In this document: in pieces, positions 34,202 through 45,242 of the stretch
How positions within the stretch are numbered: position 1 is the first letter of the stretch
Layout of the letters: every line of letters starts with the position of its first letter
From: Escherichia phage vB_EcoM_CE1
Reading direction: 5' to 3' (one strand)
Sequence record: ON229909.1
Length of the DNA stretch: 64,000 nt
Program-made: the position numbers and the translations under genes
The notes under the pieces: model-generated
Told to the model about the DNA's origin: nothing
The model's input: only the letters and a program-made list of their open reading frames with translations
Databases searched by the model: none

Positions 34202-34470
34202 TGTTTGTTGTTCATACTATTTATGAAAATGAAGGTAATACTACACGTGATTACGGTCACGTAAATCAATTTTTTAGATGCAATCCAGAATTCCGAGCTC
34301 AAAAAGACGAACGAATTTTTAAAAAATGTGTAGAGCAAGGTTTCATTTATATCAAGCACTGGATGCAAGGAAATAAAGTTAGAACTACATATCATAAGTC
34401 TTTGCCTGAGCTTAATGATGAATTGATTTATAATAGAAATGTAAATCAAACTCTGAAGGATGAACAATGA
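34201..34470 (+). CDS. hypothetical protein
   Basis: 89-aa ORF overlapping ligase start. Confidence 0.5.
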   Translation: MFVVHTIYENEGNTTRDYGHVNQFFRCNPEFRAQKDERIFKKCVEQGFIYIKHWMQGNKVRTTYHKSLPELNDELIYNRNVNQTLKDEQ

Positions 34471-35927
34471 TTCTTAAAATTCTGAATGAAATAGCATCTA
34501 TTGGATCAACTAAGCAGAAACAAGCAATTCTTGAAAAGAATAAAGATAATGAATTGCTTAAACGAGTATATCGTCTGACTTATTCTCGTGGGTTACAGTA
34601 TTATATCAAGAAATGGCCTAAACCTGGTATTGCTACCCAGAGTTTTGGAATGTTGACTCTTACCGATATGCTTGACTTCATTGAATTCACATTAGCTACT
34701 CGGAAATTGACTGGAAATGCAGCAATTGAGGAATTAACTGGATATATCACCGATGGTAAAAAAGATGATGTTGAAGTTTTGCGTCGAGTGATGATGCGAG
34801 ACCTTGAATGCGGTGCTTCAGTATCTATTGCAAACAAAGTTTGGCCAGGTTTAATTCCTGAACAACCTCAAATGCTGGCAAGTTCTTATGATGAAAAAGG
34901 CATTAGTAAGAATATCAAGTTTCCAGCCTTTGCGCAGTTAAAAGCAGATGGAGCTCGGTGTTTTGCTGAAGTCCGAGGCGATGAATTAGATGATGTTCGT
35001 CTTTTATCACGAGCTGGCAATGAATACCTAGGATTAGATCTTCTTAAGGAAGAGTTAATCAAAATGACCGCTGAAGCCCGCCAGATTCATCCAGAAGGTG
35101 TGTTAATTGATGGCGAATTGGTATACCATGAGCAAGTTGAAAAGGAGCCAGAAGGCCTAGATTTTCTTTTTGATGCTCCTGAAATTAGTAAAGCCAAAGA
35201 ATTCGCCGAAGTAGCTGAATCACGTACTACTTCTAATGGAATCGCCAATAAATCTTTAAAGGGAACCATTTCTGAAAAAGAAGCCCAATGTATGAAGTTT
35301 CAGGTCTGGGATTATGTTCCGTTGGTAGAAATATACGGTCTTCCTGCATTTCGTTTGAAATATGATGTACGTTTTTCTAAACTAGAACAAATGACATCAG
35401 GATATGATAAAGTAATTTTAATTGAAAACCAGGTAGTAAATAACCTAGATGAAGCTAAGGTAATTTATAAAAAGTATATTGACCAAGGTCTTGAAGGTAT
35501 TATTCTCAAAAATATCGATGGATTATGGGAAAATGCTCGTTCAAAAAATCTCTATAAATTTAAAGAAGTAATTGATGTTGATTTAAAAATTGTAGGAATT
35601 TATCCTCACCGCAAAGACCCTACTAAAGCAGGTGGATTTATTCTTGAGTCAGAGTGTGGAAAAATTAAGGTAAATGCTGGTTCAGGCTTAAAAGATAAAG
35701 CCGGTGTAAAATCGCATGAACTTGACCGTACTCGCATTATGGAAAACCAAAATTATTATATTGGAAAAATTCTAGAGTGCGAATGCAACGGTTGGTTAAA
35801 ATCTGATGGCCGCACTGATTACGTTAAATTATTTCTTCCGATTGCGATTCGTTTACGCGAAGATAAAACTAAAGCCAATACATTCGAGGATGTATTTGGT
35901 GATTTTCATGAGGTAACTGGTCTATGA
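34467..35927 (+). CDS. 30: ATP-dependent DNA ligase
   Basis: 486 aa, MILKILNEIASIGSTKQKQAILEKNKDNELLKRVYRL...; matches T4 gp30. Confidence 0.97.
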   Translation: MILKILNEIASIGSTKQKQAILEKNKDNELLKRVYRLTYSRGLQYYIKKWPKPGIATQSFGMLTLTDMLDFIEFTLATRKLTGNAAIEELTGYITDGKKDDVEVLRRVMMRDLECGASVSIANKVWPGLIPEQPQMLASSYDEKGISKNIKFPAFAQLKADGARCFAEVRGDELDDVRLLSRAGNEYLGLDLLKEELIKMTAEARQIHPEGVLIDGELVYHEQVEKEPEGLDFLFDAPEISKAKEFAEVAESRTTSNGIANKSLKGTISEKEAQCMKFQVWDYVPLVEIYGLPAFRLKYDVRFSKLEQMTSGYDKVILIENQVVNNLDEAKVIYKKYIDQGLEGIILKNIDGLWENARSKNLYKFKEVIDVDLKIVGIYPHRKDPTKAGGFILESECGKIKVNAGSGLKDKAGVKSHELDRTRIMENQNYYIGKILECECNGWLKSDGRTDYVKLFLPIAIRLREDKTKANTFEDVFGDFHEVTGL

Positions 35928-36112
35928 AAGCTTACTTAGAAACAATTGTCGTTGCTCAAAAAGAAGGTGGAGATGTTTCTACTTCTGTATCACAAGTCAT
36001 TCTCGAATTTGTAGATGCATATGCTTATAATAAATTCACAGAAACATTTGATGCCTATGAAAAAGGTCCAAAGTTTGAAATATATCGTACTCTCTTACCG
36101 TTAGATTATTAA
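35924..36112 (+). CDS. hypothetical protein
   Basis: 62-aa ORF overlapping ligase stop. Confidence 0.45.
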   Translation: MKAYLETIVVAQKEGGDVSTSVSQVILEFVDAYAYNKFTETFDAYEKGPKFEIYRTLLPLDY

Positions 36113-36130
36113 AGGCCTTCGGGCCTTTAA
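36111..36130 (+). terminator. UUCG hairpin terminator
   Basis: AAAGGCC-UUCG-GGCCUUU followed by AT-rich tract. Confidence 0.5.
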
Positions 36131-36133
36131 TTT

Positions 36134-36141
36134 TATAAATA
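36134..36141 (+). promoter_or_regulatory. late promoter TATAAATA for alt
   Basis: exact TATAAATA ~24 nt upstream of alt ATG. Confidence 0.45.
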
Positions 36142-36164
36142 GAATAAACACTAGAGAGGATATG

Positions 36165-38213
36165 ATGGAACTAATTACAGAATTATTTGACGAAGATACT
36201 ACTCTTCCAATTACAAACTTAAATCCAAAGAAGAAAATACCGCAAATTTTTTCAGTTCATGTTGATGACGCAATTGAACAACCAGGCTTTCGTTTATGTA
36301 CCTATACATCTGGAGGTGATACTAATCGTGATTTAAAGATGGGCGATAAAATGATGCATATTGTTCCTTTTACATTAACCGCTAAAGGTTCAATTGCTAA
36401 ATTGAAAGGTCTTGGTCCAAGCCCAATTAATTATATCAATTCAGTTTTTACTGTTGCAATGCAAACAATGCGTCAGTATAAAATTGATGCTTGTATGCTT
36501 CGTATTCTTAAGTCTAAAACCGCTGGTCAAGCTCGACAAATTCAAGTTATTGCTGATAGACTTATCCGTAGTCGTTCAGGTGGCAGATACGTCCTTCTTA
36601 AGGAACTCTGGGATTATGATAAAAAGTATGCATATATTCTTATACATCGCAAAAATGTATCACTAGAAGACATTCCAGGGGTTCCGGAAATTAGTACCGA
36701 GCTCTTTACTAAGGTTGAATCGAAGGTCGGTGATGTTTATATCAATAAAGATACTGGAGCTCAAGTAACTAAAAATGAGGCAATTGCAGCATCTATTGCA
36801 CAAGAAAATGATAAACGTTCTGACCAAGCTGTAATCGTTAAAGTTAAAATTTCCCGTAGAGCAATTGCACAAAGTCAGTCATTGGAATCTTCTAGATTTG
36901 AAACACCAATGTTTCAAAAATTTGAGGCTTCAGCAGCAGAATTAAATAAACCCGCCGACGCGCCTTTAATTTCTGATGCTAACGAATTAACCGTTATTTC
37001 TACTTCAGGATTTGCATTAGAGAATGCTCTTAATAGTGTTACAGCTGGAATGGCATTCAGAGAAGCTTCTATAATTCCTGAAGATAAAGAATCTGATGTT
37101 AATGCAGAAATAAAAAATAAAGCTTTAGAAAGATTACGAAAAGAATCTATTACTTCAATAAAAACTTTAGAAACTATTGCTTCTATAGTCGATGATACTT
37201 TAGAAAAATATAAAAGTGCTTGGTTAGAAAGAAATATTAGCAAGCATTCGCATTTAAATCAAGATGCTGCAAATGAGTTAGTGCAAAATTCTTGGAATGC
37301 AATAAAAACAAAGATTATTCGAAGAGAATTACGTGGATATGCTCTTACCGTTGGATGGTCATTGCATTCTATAGTCGAAAATAAAGATTCATCTAAATAC
37401 ACACCGGCTCAAAAACGCGGAATTCGTGAATATGTGGGTTCAGGATATGTAGACATGAATAATGCTCTTTTGGGATTATATAATCCAGATGAGCGTACAA
37501 GTATTTTGACAGCACCCGAAATAGAACAAGCCATCGATAATTTAGATTCAGCCTTTAAAAATGGTGATCGATTGCCAAAAGGTATTACTTTATATCGTTC
37601 GCAACGAATGTTACCTTCAATATATGAAGCATTGGTAAAAAATCGAGTTTTTTATTTTAGAAACTTTGTGTCAACATCATTATATCCAAATATTTTTGGT
37701 ACTTGGATGACTGATTCATCTATAGGTGTTTTACCAGACGAAAAGCGTCTAAGTGTTTCTATTGATAAAACTGATGAAGGGCTTGTTAATTCTAGCGATA
37801 ATTTAGTCGGAATTGGATGGGTTATTACTGGGGCTGATAAGGTCAATGTTGTTTTACCCGGTGGAAGTTTAGCGCCTTCAAATGAAATGGAAGTCATTTT
37901 GCCACGTGGATTAATGGTCAAAGTTAATAAAATAACCGATGCATCTTACAACGATGGAACAGTTAGAACTAACAACAAGCTTATTCAAGCTGAAGTTATG
38001 ACTACAGAAGAACTCACCGAATCGGCAATTTATGACGGTGACCGTTTAATGGAAACTGGTGAATTGGTTACAATAACAGGTGATATAGAAGATAGAGTTG
38101 ACTTTGCATCATTTGTTTCATCAAATGTTAAACAGAAAGTAGAATCATCTCTTGGAATTATTGCGTCTTGCATAGATATTGCAAACATGCCTTACAAGTT
38201 CGTTCAAGGATAA
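36165..38213 (+). CDS. alt: Alt ADP-ribosyltransferase (packaged)
   Basis: 682 aa from MELITELFDEDTTLPITNLNPKKKIPQIF...; matches T4 Alt. Confidence 0.95.
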   Translation: MELITELFDEDTTLPITNLNPKKKIPQIFSVHVDDAIEQPGFRLCTYTSGGDTNRDLKMGDKMMHIVPFTLTAKGSIAKLKGLGPSPINYINSVFTVAMQTMRQYKIDACMLRILKSKTAGQARQIQVIADRLIRSRSGGRYVLLKELWDYDKKYAYILIHRKNVSLEDIPGVPEISTELFTKVESKVGDVYINKDTGAQVTKNEAIAASIAQENDKRSDQAVIVKVKISRRAIAQSQSLESSRFETPMFQKFEASAAELNKPADAPLISDANELTVISTSGFALENALNSVTAGMAFREASIIPEDKESDVNAEIKNKALERLRKESITSIKTLETIASIVDDTLEKYKSAWLERNISKHSHLNQDAANELVQNSWNAIKTKIIRRELRGYALTVGWSLHSIVENKDSSKYTPAQKRGIREYVGSGYVDMNNALLGLYNPDERTSILTAPEIEQAIDNLDSAFKNGDRLPKGITLYRSQRMLPSIYEALVKNRVFYFRNFVSTSLYPNIFGTWMTDSSIGVLPDEKRLSVSIDKTDEGLVNSSDNLVGIGWVITGADKVNVVLPGGSLAPSNEMEVILPRGLMVKVNKITDASYNDGTVRTNNKLIQAEVMTTEELTESAIYDGDRLMETGELVTITGDIEDRVDFASFVSSNVKQKVESSLGIIASCIDIANMPYKFVQG

Positions 38214-38216
38214 ATC

Positions 38217-38565
38217 ATGGAACTTATTACATAATTATTTGACGGCGCTTCGGCGCCGGTTGTTAACTTAAATCCTAAGCATAAAATACCGCAAATTTTT
38301 GCTATTCAAGCCGGCGAAGAAAGCGTGCTTCCTGGATTTAGATTTTGTACATACACCTCTGGCGGTGATACAGATAAAACGTTAAACCAGGCGACAAAAT
38401 GATGCATATCGTAATGATAGGTGTTAATGAGAAACTATCATTAGTTAAGCTTAAAAACTTGGGTGGAAATCCAATTGGTGTCATTAATGCTGTTTTGATA
38501 CTGCTCTTCAAACAATGAAACAGTATAAAATCGACGCATGCCTATTACGCGTACTAAAAAGTTCA
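38217..38565 (+). pseudogene. degenerate duplicate of the alt 5' region
   Basis: starts ATGGAACTTATTACATAA (MELIT then stop); downstream frames encode LFDGASAPVVNLNPKHKIPQIF, GFRFCTYTSGGDT, MMHIV, KQYKIDACLLRVLK, all alignable to Alt residues 1-125 but broken by a stop and frameshifts. Confidence 0.7.
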
Positions 38566-38572
38566 AAATGTA

Positions 38573-38633
38573 GTTTACAAGTCCCTCGTGTTGTGTTATA
38601 GTAGTCTTACTGACATAACATGAGGAACACAAA
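38573..38633 (+). promoter_or_regulatory. second copy of the 48-nt early promoter/hairpin block
   Basis: 48 nt identical to 25164..25211, followed by GAGGAA SD and ATG at 38634. Confidence 0.5.
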
Positions 38634-38924
38634 ATGAAATCTTCTTTACGCTTTTTAGGTCAAGAACTTGTAGTTGAAGGCGTTATTCCTGCTGATAATG
38701 CTTTTAATGAAGCAGTTTATGATGAATTTATCAAAATTTTCGGAACAGATAAAAAGTTTGGAATTTTTCCTTCTGAAAATTTTTCAAAGCCAGAACAGAC
38801 TGAAAGTATTTTCCAAGGTGTAGTAACAGGCAAATTTGAGTCAGAAGCTCCGGTAAAAATTGAAGTTTATATTGAAGACAGTTTAGTTGCTTCAGTTGCT
38901 GCTTTCATTTCATTCCGTAAATAA
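38634..38924 (+). CDS. hypothetical protein
   Basis: 96-aa ORF with SD, driven by the duplicated promoter block; followed by a hairpin. Confidence 0.55.
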   Translation: MKSSLRFLGQELVVEGVIPADNAFNEAVYDEFIKIFGTDKKFGIFPSENFSKPEQTESIFQGVVTGKFESEAPVKIEVYIEDSLVASVAAFISFRK

Positions 38925-38930
38925 AAATAT

Positions 38931-38948
38931 GGGGACCTTTCGGTCCCC
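38931..38948. terminator. bidirectional hairpin between convergent ORF 38634 and gene 54
   Basis: GGGGACC-UUUC-GGUCCCC. Confidence 0.5.
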
Positions 38949-38952
38949 ATTG

Positions 38953-39918
38953 TTATATTGCTCCTAATATTTTACTCTGCGAATTGACAATCCCTGTCAT
39001 AGTATTAATGTTTGAAATGCTTCCTGAGGTTCCTCCTAGTCTACTAAGTCGTGAAAGCGAATTAGATAGTCCAGTAACACCTCCACTATTTCCGAGAACG
39101 CTTTGAATGCCATTTATAGCAGCAGATTCAAGCCATTCAAGCGCAGCTTGTCTATCAACTGCTCCAGCCTGCATGACTCTATACGCAAAAGTAACATCAA
39201 ATGTAGTTATTTGGTTATCTCCATCATATGATAACTCAGGAGCGCTCACTGATATCGGAATGCATCCGGTGAACATCACCGCAGTATGAGGCAATCCATT
39301 ACGAGCATGAAGATTAACCTGAATGTCTGCTTCAACATCTTGCGGCAAAGCACGTAATCCAGTTACTGGGTCTTGAACAGCGTTAACCCAGTCTTGCATC
39401 GCACGATAATTACAAGCTTCTGAATCCATTCTAAATGAAATAACCAAAGGGTCTAATTCTCTCCCAGTTATACGAATATTAGGAGAATTATAGTTCCAGT
39501 CAGTTTCATAGGATAATCTATTCTCTGGCATTTTTACAGAGTATATCATCAATCCAGATGAGTTATATGCCATGTTAAAGAAGTCAATTAAATATGTACC
39601 AACTGTGAATGAGCCTAATAAACTTTGAACTGTACGTTGACTCATGGCACCAATAAGATATTTACTAACCCCTGATTTTCTTATCAGTTTTTGTGTGCCA
39701 GCAGTAATTAGCGTGGTAATTCCCTGATTAATATCGCCTTGAGTCAATCCTAACCAATTTGAATTTAGGCCCAAGTTATTATAAGAAAAGTTGCTAATTG
39801 AACTTATCAACGAAGAGCTTTTAGTTGATGGAGTTGTTGCAAAAACGCAGCTAAACATATTATTACGTTGGAAATCTGCGTTTATTGCTTGATTATTAAA
39901 TTCCTCTAAAGAATACAT
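38953..39918 (-). CDS. 54: gp54 baseplate tail tube initiator
   Basis: 321 aa; synteny 54-48-29-28-27-51. Confidence 0.9.
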   Translation of the reverse strand: MYSLEEFNNQAINADFQRNNMFSCVFATTPSTKSSSLISSISNFSYNNLGLNSNWLGLTQGDINQGITTLITAGTQKLIRKSGVSKYLIGAMSQRTVQSLLGSFTVGTYLIDFFNMAYNSSGLMIYSVKMPENRLSYETDWNYNSPNIRITGRELDPLVISFRMDSEACNYRAMQDWVNAVQDPVTGLRALPQDVEADIQVNLHARNGLPHTAVMFTGCIPISVSAPELSYDGDNQITTFDVTFAYRVMQAGAVDRQAALEWLESAAINGIQSVLGNSGGVTGLSNSLSRLSRLGGTSGSISNINTMTGIVNSQSKILGAI

Positions 39919-41012
39919 TAAAAAGTCCCCGCATATAAAGAAGCACGGTTTAACGTGATAATTTCTCTCATAGTAATCTCAAGAGTAAATGTACTAGGGA
40001 GGTTTGGAGCAATAGCTAATCCGTTAAAGTTACCATTAGGTGTTTTATCAAATCTGATGCTTTGTATTTGGCATGGGCCAAATATTTCCGTTTTTCCATC
40101 AAACTTAGATGTTGCGCCAAAGTTTTTCACCATCCAAATTGTCGGGTTTGAAACCACTAGAACGTTAGTTAAACTCGATGTCATTTTCTCAAATAGTGTT
40201 TTATTTTTAGCTGCGTCTTCCGGAGATAAAGGTTCAATTAACGTAGAACGATACCAATCATCTAAATACCCCTTTATTTCAGCAGCATATTGAGATTTGC
40301 CCGTTTCACCATAAGAAAAATAGTTAAAATATTGATAGATATTAATAATAGCCATTAAATCTTCTGTGGAACGTGGAGTCAAATCCCATGTAAACACTTT
40401 AGTTCTATTCTCAGCACCGCCATACATACTTCTGGCTGTCGTATAAATCTGTTCATTATTATCAGCCATTATACCTTGTGTTATACTTTCCAGTGCCCCA
40501 AATACTGCGGTTGAAGCAATATTACTTAGCACACCGGTAGCAGTACCTCCGCCTCTACTGATAAGGCTTTCTTGAACATCATTAAATCTATGTGTTGATG
40601 TATCAACATCAGATTTAGATCTCGGTAAAAGAATGTTTGCGACAGGAGCTTTACTTATTGTTCCTGAATTATTATTTGATATTAATCCATTTGATAGTTT
40701 TGATACTGTACTACTAATAGTGTTTCTAGCTGTACTTAAAATACTCGAAGATGAAGAAGAGTAGTTAGATCTCATCGATCTAAGACTTCCAGAATCCCTA
40801 GATGACATATTGTATGCAGTAAATAATAATCCATTCTTATATAGATCTGTTACCTGGAAGTCCCCTGTAGTGTCATTACCACTAGCACGCCCAGTTGGAA
40901 ACTGGGCAGTGTATGTTTTAGTTACTACTTCTGATTTAGTGCTCTGTCCGGCTGAAATTTTCTCACCGGACTTTTTAATTAAATCAGTAGTTATTTCTTT
41001 AACAATTGCCAT
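39918..41012 (-). CDS. 48: gp48 baseplate tail tube cap
   Basis: 364 aa as in T4. Confidence 0.9.
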   Translation of the reverse strand: MAIVKEITTDLIKKSGEKISAGQSTKSEVVTKTYTAQFPTGRASGNDTTGDFQVTDLYKNGLLFTAYNMSSRDSGSLRSMRSNYSSSSSSILSTARNTISSTVSKLSNGLISNNNSGTISKAPVANILLPRSKSDVDTSTHRFNDVQESLISRGGGTATGVLSNIASTAVFGALESITQGIMADNNEQIYTTARSMYGGAENRTKVFTWDLTPRSTEDLMAIINIYQYFNYFSYGETGKSQYAAEIKGYLDDWYRSTLIEPLSPEDAAKNKTLFEKMTSSLTNVLVVSNPTIWMVKNFGATSKFDGKTEIFGPCQIQSIRFDKTPNGNFNGLAIAPNLPSTFTLEITMREIITLNRASLYAGTF

Positions 41013-41020
41013 ATTATTCC

Positions 41021-42793
41021 TTAATTAACTCCTGTCGCGTCAAATACACCAGGAGCAGTTGTACTCGTAACAGGTGTCATATTATGAACGACAGTATTTT
41101 TCTTAATAACATTATTAGTATTATTGATTGAAGGAGATGCTTGCTGAACAGGAGCTTGCTGTGCTTTGTTCTTTTCAATAACCTGGACCTGTTTCGCTTC
41201 TGGCGATTTAGCAGAAGTTTCAGGTTTGGCATTAGGCTGATTTTTCTTGAGTTCTTGATAAGTAGCATCAATTTTAGAAAATCTAGCAGCAAGTTCTTTT
41301 TTAACTGCCGGTGAATTGTTTAAATCCGGGTCATCCATCCGTTTTTTAAGGTCTTCATAGGCAGCTTCAACAGATTTAACCGTTGAGTCTTTACTCATAT
41401 CAGCTGAATCAGCATATTTTTCAAAACGAATCATCGCGGCCCGAGCTTCATTAGCCTTCATTAAAGCATTTTTTCTTTCTTCTGGTGAAAGTTGCTTTAA
41501 TTTTTCTTCTTCTGCTGCGCGTTCTTCGTCGGTAGTTAGTGCTTCTTTATTATCAACGCCACGAATCCAGTTAGATGCACGAGTTTTCCAATTAGCAATT
41601 TTATCTAATCCTTTTGCTATCGGACCAAGGTCTCCGTTCATTCGTTTATCTTGATAATTTGCAACTTTTTCCTGGTCTTCTTTATTGAGAGATGCTCCAG
41701 TAGAATTTTGGAAATTTTCTAGTGCTCTTCCTTCTACTTCATCAGCGGTATCCTTCATGCCAGGAATGACTCGAAGAATTGCAGCAGATAATTTAGCCAT
41801 TCCAAGCTGAATAAGTTCTCCTAAATTATAAAGAACCTTTCCAAGCCCTTCTACAATAGCTACCGTCAAACCGCCCCAATCTCCCTCTTCCCAGAATTTT
41901 TTAATTTCATCAATAGAACTAAAGATGCTCTGTAATAAAGGACCCCATGTTCCGGTTTCGCTAGAGAATTTAGTAAAGTTTGAACTAAACAAATCCCAAG
42001 CCTGTGAAAATTTATCTGACCAATATTTGAAATGAACCATCAACAGGTCTATTCCAACAACAACAGCCAATATCATTGCAGTCATTTTAGCAGCTTCAAT
42101 AGCAGCACTGACGGTATACTTAAATAGCATGCTTGATATTTTATCAGTAATTGAAATAGATTTCTTAAATCCGAAATCAACAGTCTTTGTTAATTTATCT
42201 AAAGCTTGAGATAATTTTAAGTTAAATGCGTCTTTTTTCTGTTTTTCTTCTGGCGATTCTTGTTTAGGTTCAACTGGCTGAGGGGTAGGGAAAAAATCAG
42301 CATCAGGATCATTATTAACTGCTTCAGGAGCCGGTAATAAAGGACCCACAGATTCAGCTGTATCGTCCTCAACAACTTTAACAGGAATAGCGCTTTCAAC
42401 CGTAGCTAAACTAGTTCCTGTTTGTTGAATTCCGGCTGTCTGGATTTTTTGCTCGAGTAAACTTGTTAATTTATCTAATTTGCTCCCGAGCGATTCACCG
42501 ATTTCTTTATTAATATTATTGCCAATTTCGACAGTTTCAGCAATTAACTCAGAACCAGCAGTAGTATCACTCACTGCGCTTTCTACATTGTCAATTGCTC
42601 CAATTATTTCATTCGATTTTTCTTCGACAGTTTGAGCTATTAATTCAGAAGCAGCTTGAGCATCATCCAATTTCGTAGATATATCATTAAGGCCAGATAA
42701 AGTGTTGGAAGCGGATTTAGCCGCTTCCTGTGTTGGTTTATTATCTGAAATAACTTTTCTACGCATCGTTTGCATTTCTTGTGGCTTTTTCAT
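41021..42793 (-). CDS. 29: gp29 tail length tape measure/baseplate hub
   Basis: 590 aa as in T4. Confidence 0.9.
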   Translation of the reverse strand: MKKPQEMQTMRRKVISDNKPTQEAAKSASNTLSGLNDISTKLDDAQAASELIAQTVEEKSNEIIGAIDNVESAVSDTTAGSELIAETVEIGNNINKEIGESLGSKLDKLTSLLEQKIQTAGIQQTGTSLATVESAIPVKVVEDDTAESVGPLLPAPEAVNNDPDADFFPTPQPVEPKQESPEEKQKKDAFNLKLSQALDKLTKTVDFGFKKSISITDKISSMLFKYTVSAAIEAAKMTAMILAVVVGIDLLMVHFKYWSDKFSQAWDLFSSNFTKFSSETGTWGPLLQSIFSSIDEIKKFWEEGDWGGLTVAIVEGLGKVLYNLGELIQLGMAKLSAAILRVIPGMKDTADEVEGRALENFQNSTGASLNKEDQEKVANYQDKRMNGDLGPIAKGLDKIANWKTRASNWIRGVDNKEALTTDEERAAEEEKLKQLSPEERKNALMKANEARAAMIRFEKYADSADMSKDSTVKSVEAAYEDLKKRMDDPDLNNSPAVKKELAARFSKIDATYQELKKNQPNAKPETSAKSPEAKQVQVIEKNKAQQAPVQQASPSINNTNNVIKKNTVVHNMTPVTSTTAPGVFDATGVN

Positions 42794-43323
42794 TCAAATA
42801 ATCCAATAATATTGCCAATTCCAGTTATTGGACCATTAGGGCCAGGAATTGCTAAAGTTGTAAAAATATCATTTGCCCATTTTAAAACGAATGCTGGCAT
42901 CTCAAGAAAATTAATTTCTTTAACTTCATCATTGACCTTAAGCAAGCATTTGGATAACATATCGCTCACCGTTAAAAATTGTTCAAATTTTCCAGGAGGT
43001 CTAAAATAAAATGTATTTCCTTGGTATTGAAATTCTAATCTTTGGCATACATAAACATCATTAATGTCATAAGTATAGCCATCTATTTCTTTACGAGATT
43101 TAATCTTTCCATTAAATTCCAATAAATGAATAGAAACGAAATCAACTTCTGCCGGTGATAAATTTGGACAAATAGAATCGATCAAAAGTTTTAAATTTTC
43201 ATCAGGACCTTTAACATCTTTTAAAATGTTATAATGTTTAAGACCCATTTTAGGAATAGAAACTTCTTTATTGCTTATTGGAAGAACTACTTTCTTCAGT
43301 GGTAGTATCAGATTTAAATTCAT
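42790..43323 (-). CDS. 28: gp28 baseplate hub distal subunit
   Basis: 177 aa; overlaps 3' end of gene 27 as in T4. Confidence 0.85.
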   Translation of the reverse strand: MNLNLILPLKKVVLPISNKEVSIPKMGLKHYNILKDVKGPDENLKLLIDSICPNLSPAEVDFVSIHLLEFNGKIKSRKEIDGYTYDINDVYVCQRLEFQYQGNTFYFRPPGKFEQFLTVSDMLSKCLLKVNDEVKEINFLEMPAFVLKWANDIFTTLAIPGPNGPITGIGNIIGLFE

Positions 43324-44443
43324 TTTTAACCTTAACTGGGTCTATTGTTTCCAGTTTCGTTGCATTAGTGAACATATATAGATGAGTTACTGAATTATTA
43401 TTGGATAATTCATGGATAACTTCATCAACGTAAAATTCCGTTTTAAATTGGTTTTTACTATCATTAAAAATAATTTTAACGCCAGGTGTCAAGTTAAAAT
43501 TACCGACAGTAGAACATTTAGCATAGCCGTCATATTGCGCCATAGTTTGAAGACGAATAGCTTCTTCATATCCATTCCTATAAGTCATTTCAGAATAAGC
43601 ACCTGACCTTGACACTACAATAGAGTTTTCACCCTTTCCTGTAGTAATCATTGGCAATGAAGAATCTAAAAATGAATGCGCATAGATAGTAGCGTTTTTC
43701 ATTGGGTCACGTTTGTGAGGATTCGATTTAGTCAACCAAACGAAATCATATGCTAATGGATATTTTAATTCTTGGATGAATTGACCTATTAAAGATGGCT
43801 CACCGACAATCATTGGATACGGTTCTTGATTTATCATCATATCATAGTCCATCATGTTAACTCCCATGATGTCTTGCCATACAAATACAAATTTGTCACT
43901 TCCTACAGCTAGAGCAACTTCTCTAACATATGACAAATAGTTTTCAAATGTGCTAGTCCACGGAATATCAGGAACATAAGCATTTATAGCATTTATCGCT
44001 GGAGTTAATAGCGTGCGGTCTTGATAAATGACGCCAAGCATTTCTTTTATAGATTCACCTGCATCAGGGAAAAATGGTCTACCAAATTTAAGATTTTCTA
44101 TAGAATGAATAGTTCCCAATTCAATAGCAATGATGTTATCACCTTTTGAATCTACTGACACGGAAAAATGCTTACATCCATAAATTCGTGTTTTAACATT
44201 ATTAATATCATTTGCATTAGCTACAGAAATCTGAATTATTTCATTTCCATCCATTTTTGTATGAATGTTTTTAGAATCATAAAACTGCAGCATTCCTTCA
44301 TTTCGGCCATAAAGAGAATCCCGCATAGTTAATGTGGTAATAGTAGCAGCTAATTCAACAAATCTATTATTACTCCAAGCGTCGTAGCTATCAAATAATT
44401 TAACGCTGAGATTTGGATATCCTGGGCGTTGCAACATACTCAT
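43268..44443 (-). CDS. 27: gp27 baseplate hub
   Basis: 391 aa as in T4. Confidence 0.9.
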   Translation of the reverse strand: MSMLQRPGYPNLSVKLFDSYDAWSNNRFVELAATITTLTMRDSLYGRNEGMLQFYDSKNIHTKMDGNEIIQISVANANDINNVKTRIYGCKHFSVSVDSKGDNIIAIELGTIHSIENLKFGRPFFPDAGESIKEMLGVIYQDRTLLTPAINAINAYVPDIPWTSTFENYLSYVREVALAVGSDKFVFVWQDIMGVNMMDYDMMINQEPYPMIVGEPSLIGQFIQELKYPLAYDFVWLTKSNPHKRDPMKNATIYAHSFLDSSLPMITTGKGENSIVVSRSGAYSEMTYRNGYEEAIRLQTMAQYDGYAKCSTVGNFNLTPGVKIIFNDSKNQFKTEFYVDEVIHELSNNNSVTHLYMFTNATKLETIDPVKVKNEFKSDTTTEESSSSNKQ

Positions 44444-45192
44444 TATTGTTTATCCTTCTCAATCAGTTTTAATACGAATCCGCGCTCGGCAGGAATCATT
44501 TTCATTATTGAATTTAAACTATAATTACTTTTTACGAGCGTGTGATTGATTTGATAAAAAGTAAATATTTCATCTGGGTTAACTAATAGCTTAAACACAT
44601 CTACTATATCAGTGTATTTTTTTACATACTTATTACAGCATGACATATGCAATGTTAAATTAATAGGATTCATTGCATCGAGAATTTTTTCTAATGTTTC
44701 TATCTCGATGGCGTCAACGAGTTCTATTTGACTGGACTCGCTAATTTCCTTCCAATCATACCACATTTCATCTACTTGAACAGAATGAATATTTTCAGTA
44801 ATCATCTTTGCTTTATTTTCATAAAACTCAGAAGGAAACTTTAATTTAATTTTAACATTAGCTACATCAAAAACAGGTTCCTTTAATTCTTTTTGATATA
44901 TTTCAAATGGAACTGTCTTTTCTTTTTTACATTTTGGACATACAAATGTGACCGGTACTTTAGTTTTACCTATTGACCCTACAAATACCTGTAAAAATAT
45001 AAATGGTTGCCAAGTCTTCGGATAGTCTCCAAAATAATCGGCAATTAAGTCAGCAATTATTTCTTTTTGTTCTTGTGGTGACCGATGTTCTATATCGTTT
45101 CGAACTAACAAAAAATCTCGATAATCTTCTACCGTAAATGGTTTAAAACGATGAACACCATCTGGTAATTTACAACGAATAATGTTTGCCAT
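44443..45192 (-). CDS. 51: gp51 baseplate hub assembly catalyst
   Basis: 249 aa as in T4. Confidence 0.9.
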   Translation of the reverse strand: MANIIRCKLPDGVHRFKPFTVEDYRDFLLVRNDIEHRSPQEQKEIIADLIADYFGDYPKTWQPFIFLQVFVGSIGKTKVPVTFVCPKCKKEKTVPFEIYQKELKEPVFDVANVKIKLKFPSEFYENKAKMITENIHSVQVDEMWYDWKEISESSQIELVDAIEIETLEKILDAMNPINLTLHMSCCNKYVKKYTDIVDVFKLLVNPDEIFTFYQINHTLVKSNYSLNSIMKMIPAERGFVLKLIEKDKQ

Positions 45193-45209
45193 AGATGCTC
45201 CTTTTATTC

Positions 45210-45221
45210 TATTTATAAATA
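45210..45221. promoter_or_regulatory. overlapping divergent late promoters (genes 51 and 26)
   Basis: tatttataaata contains TATAAATA on both strands, offset by 4 nt. Confidence 0.5.
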
Positions 45222-45242
45222 TGATAAATAAAGGAGCTAAAT

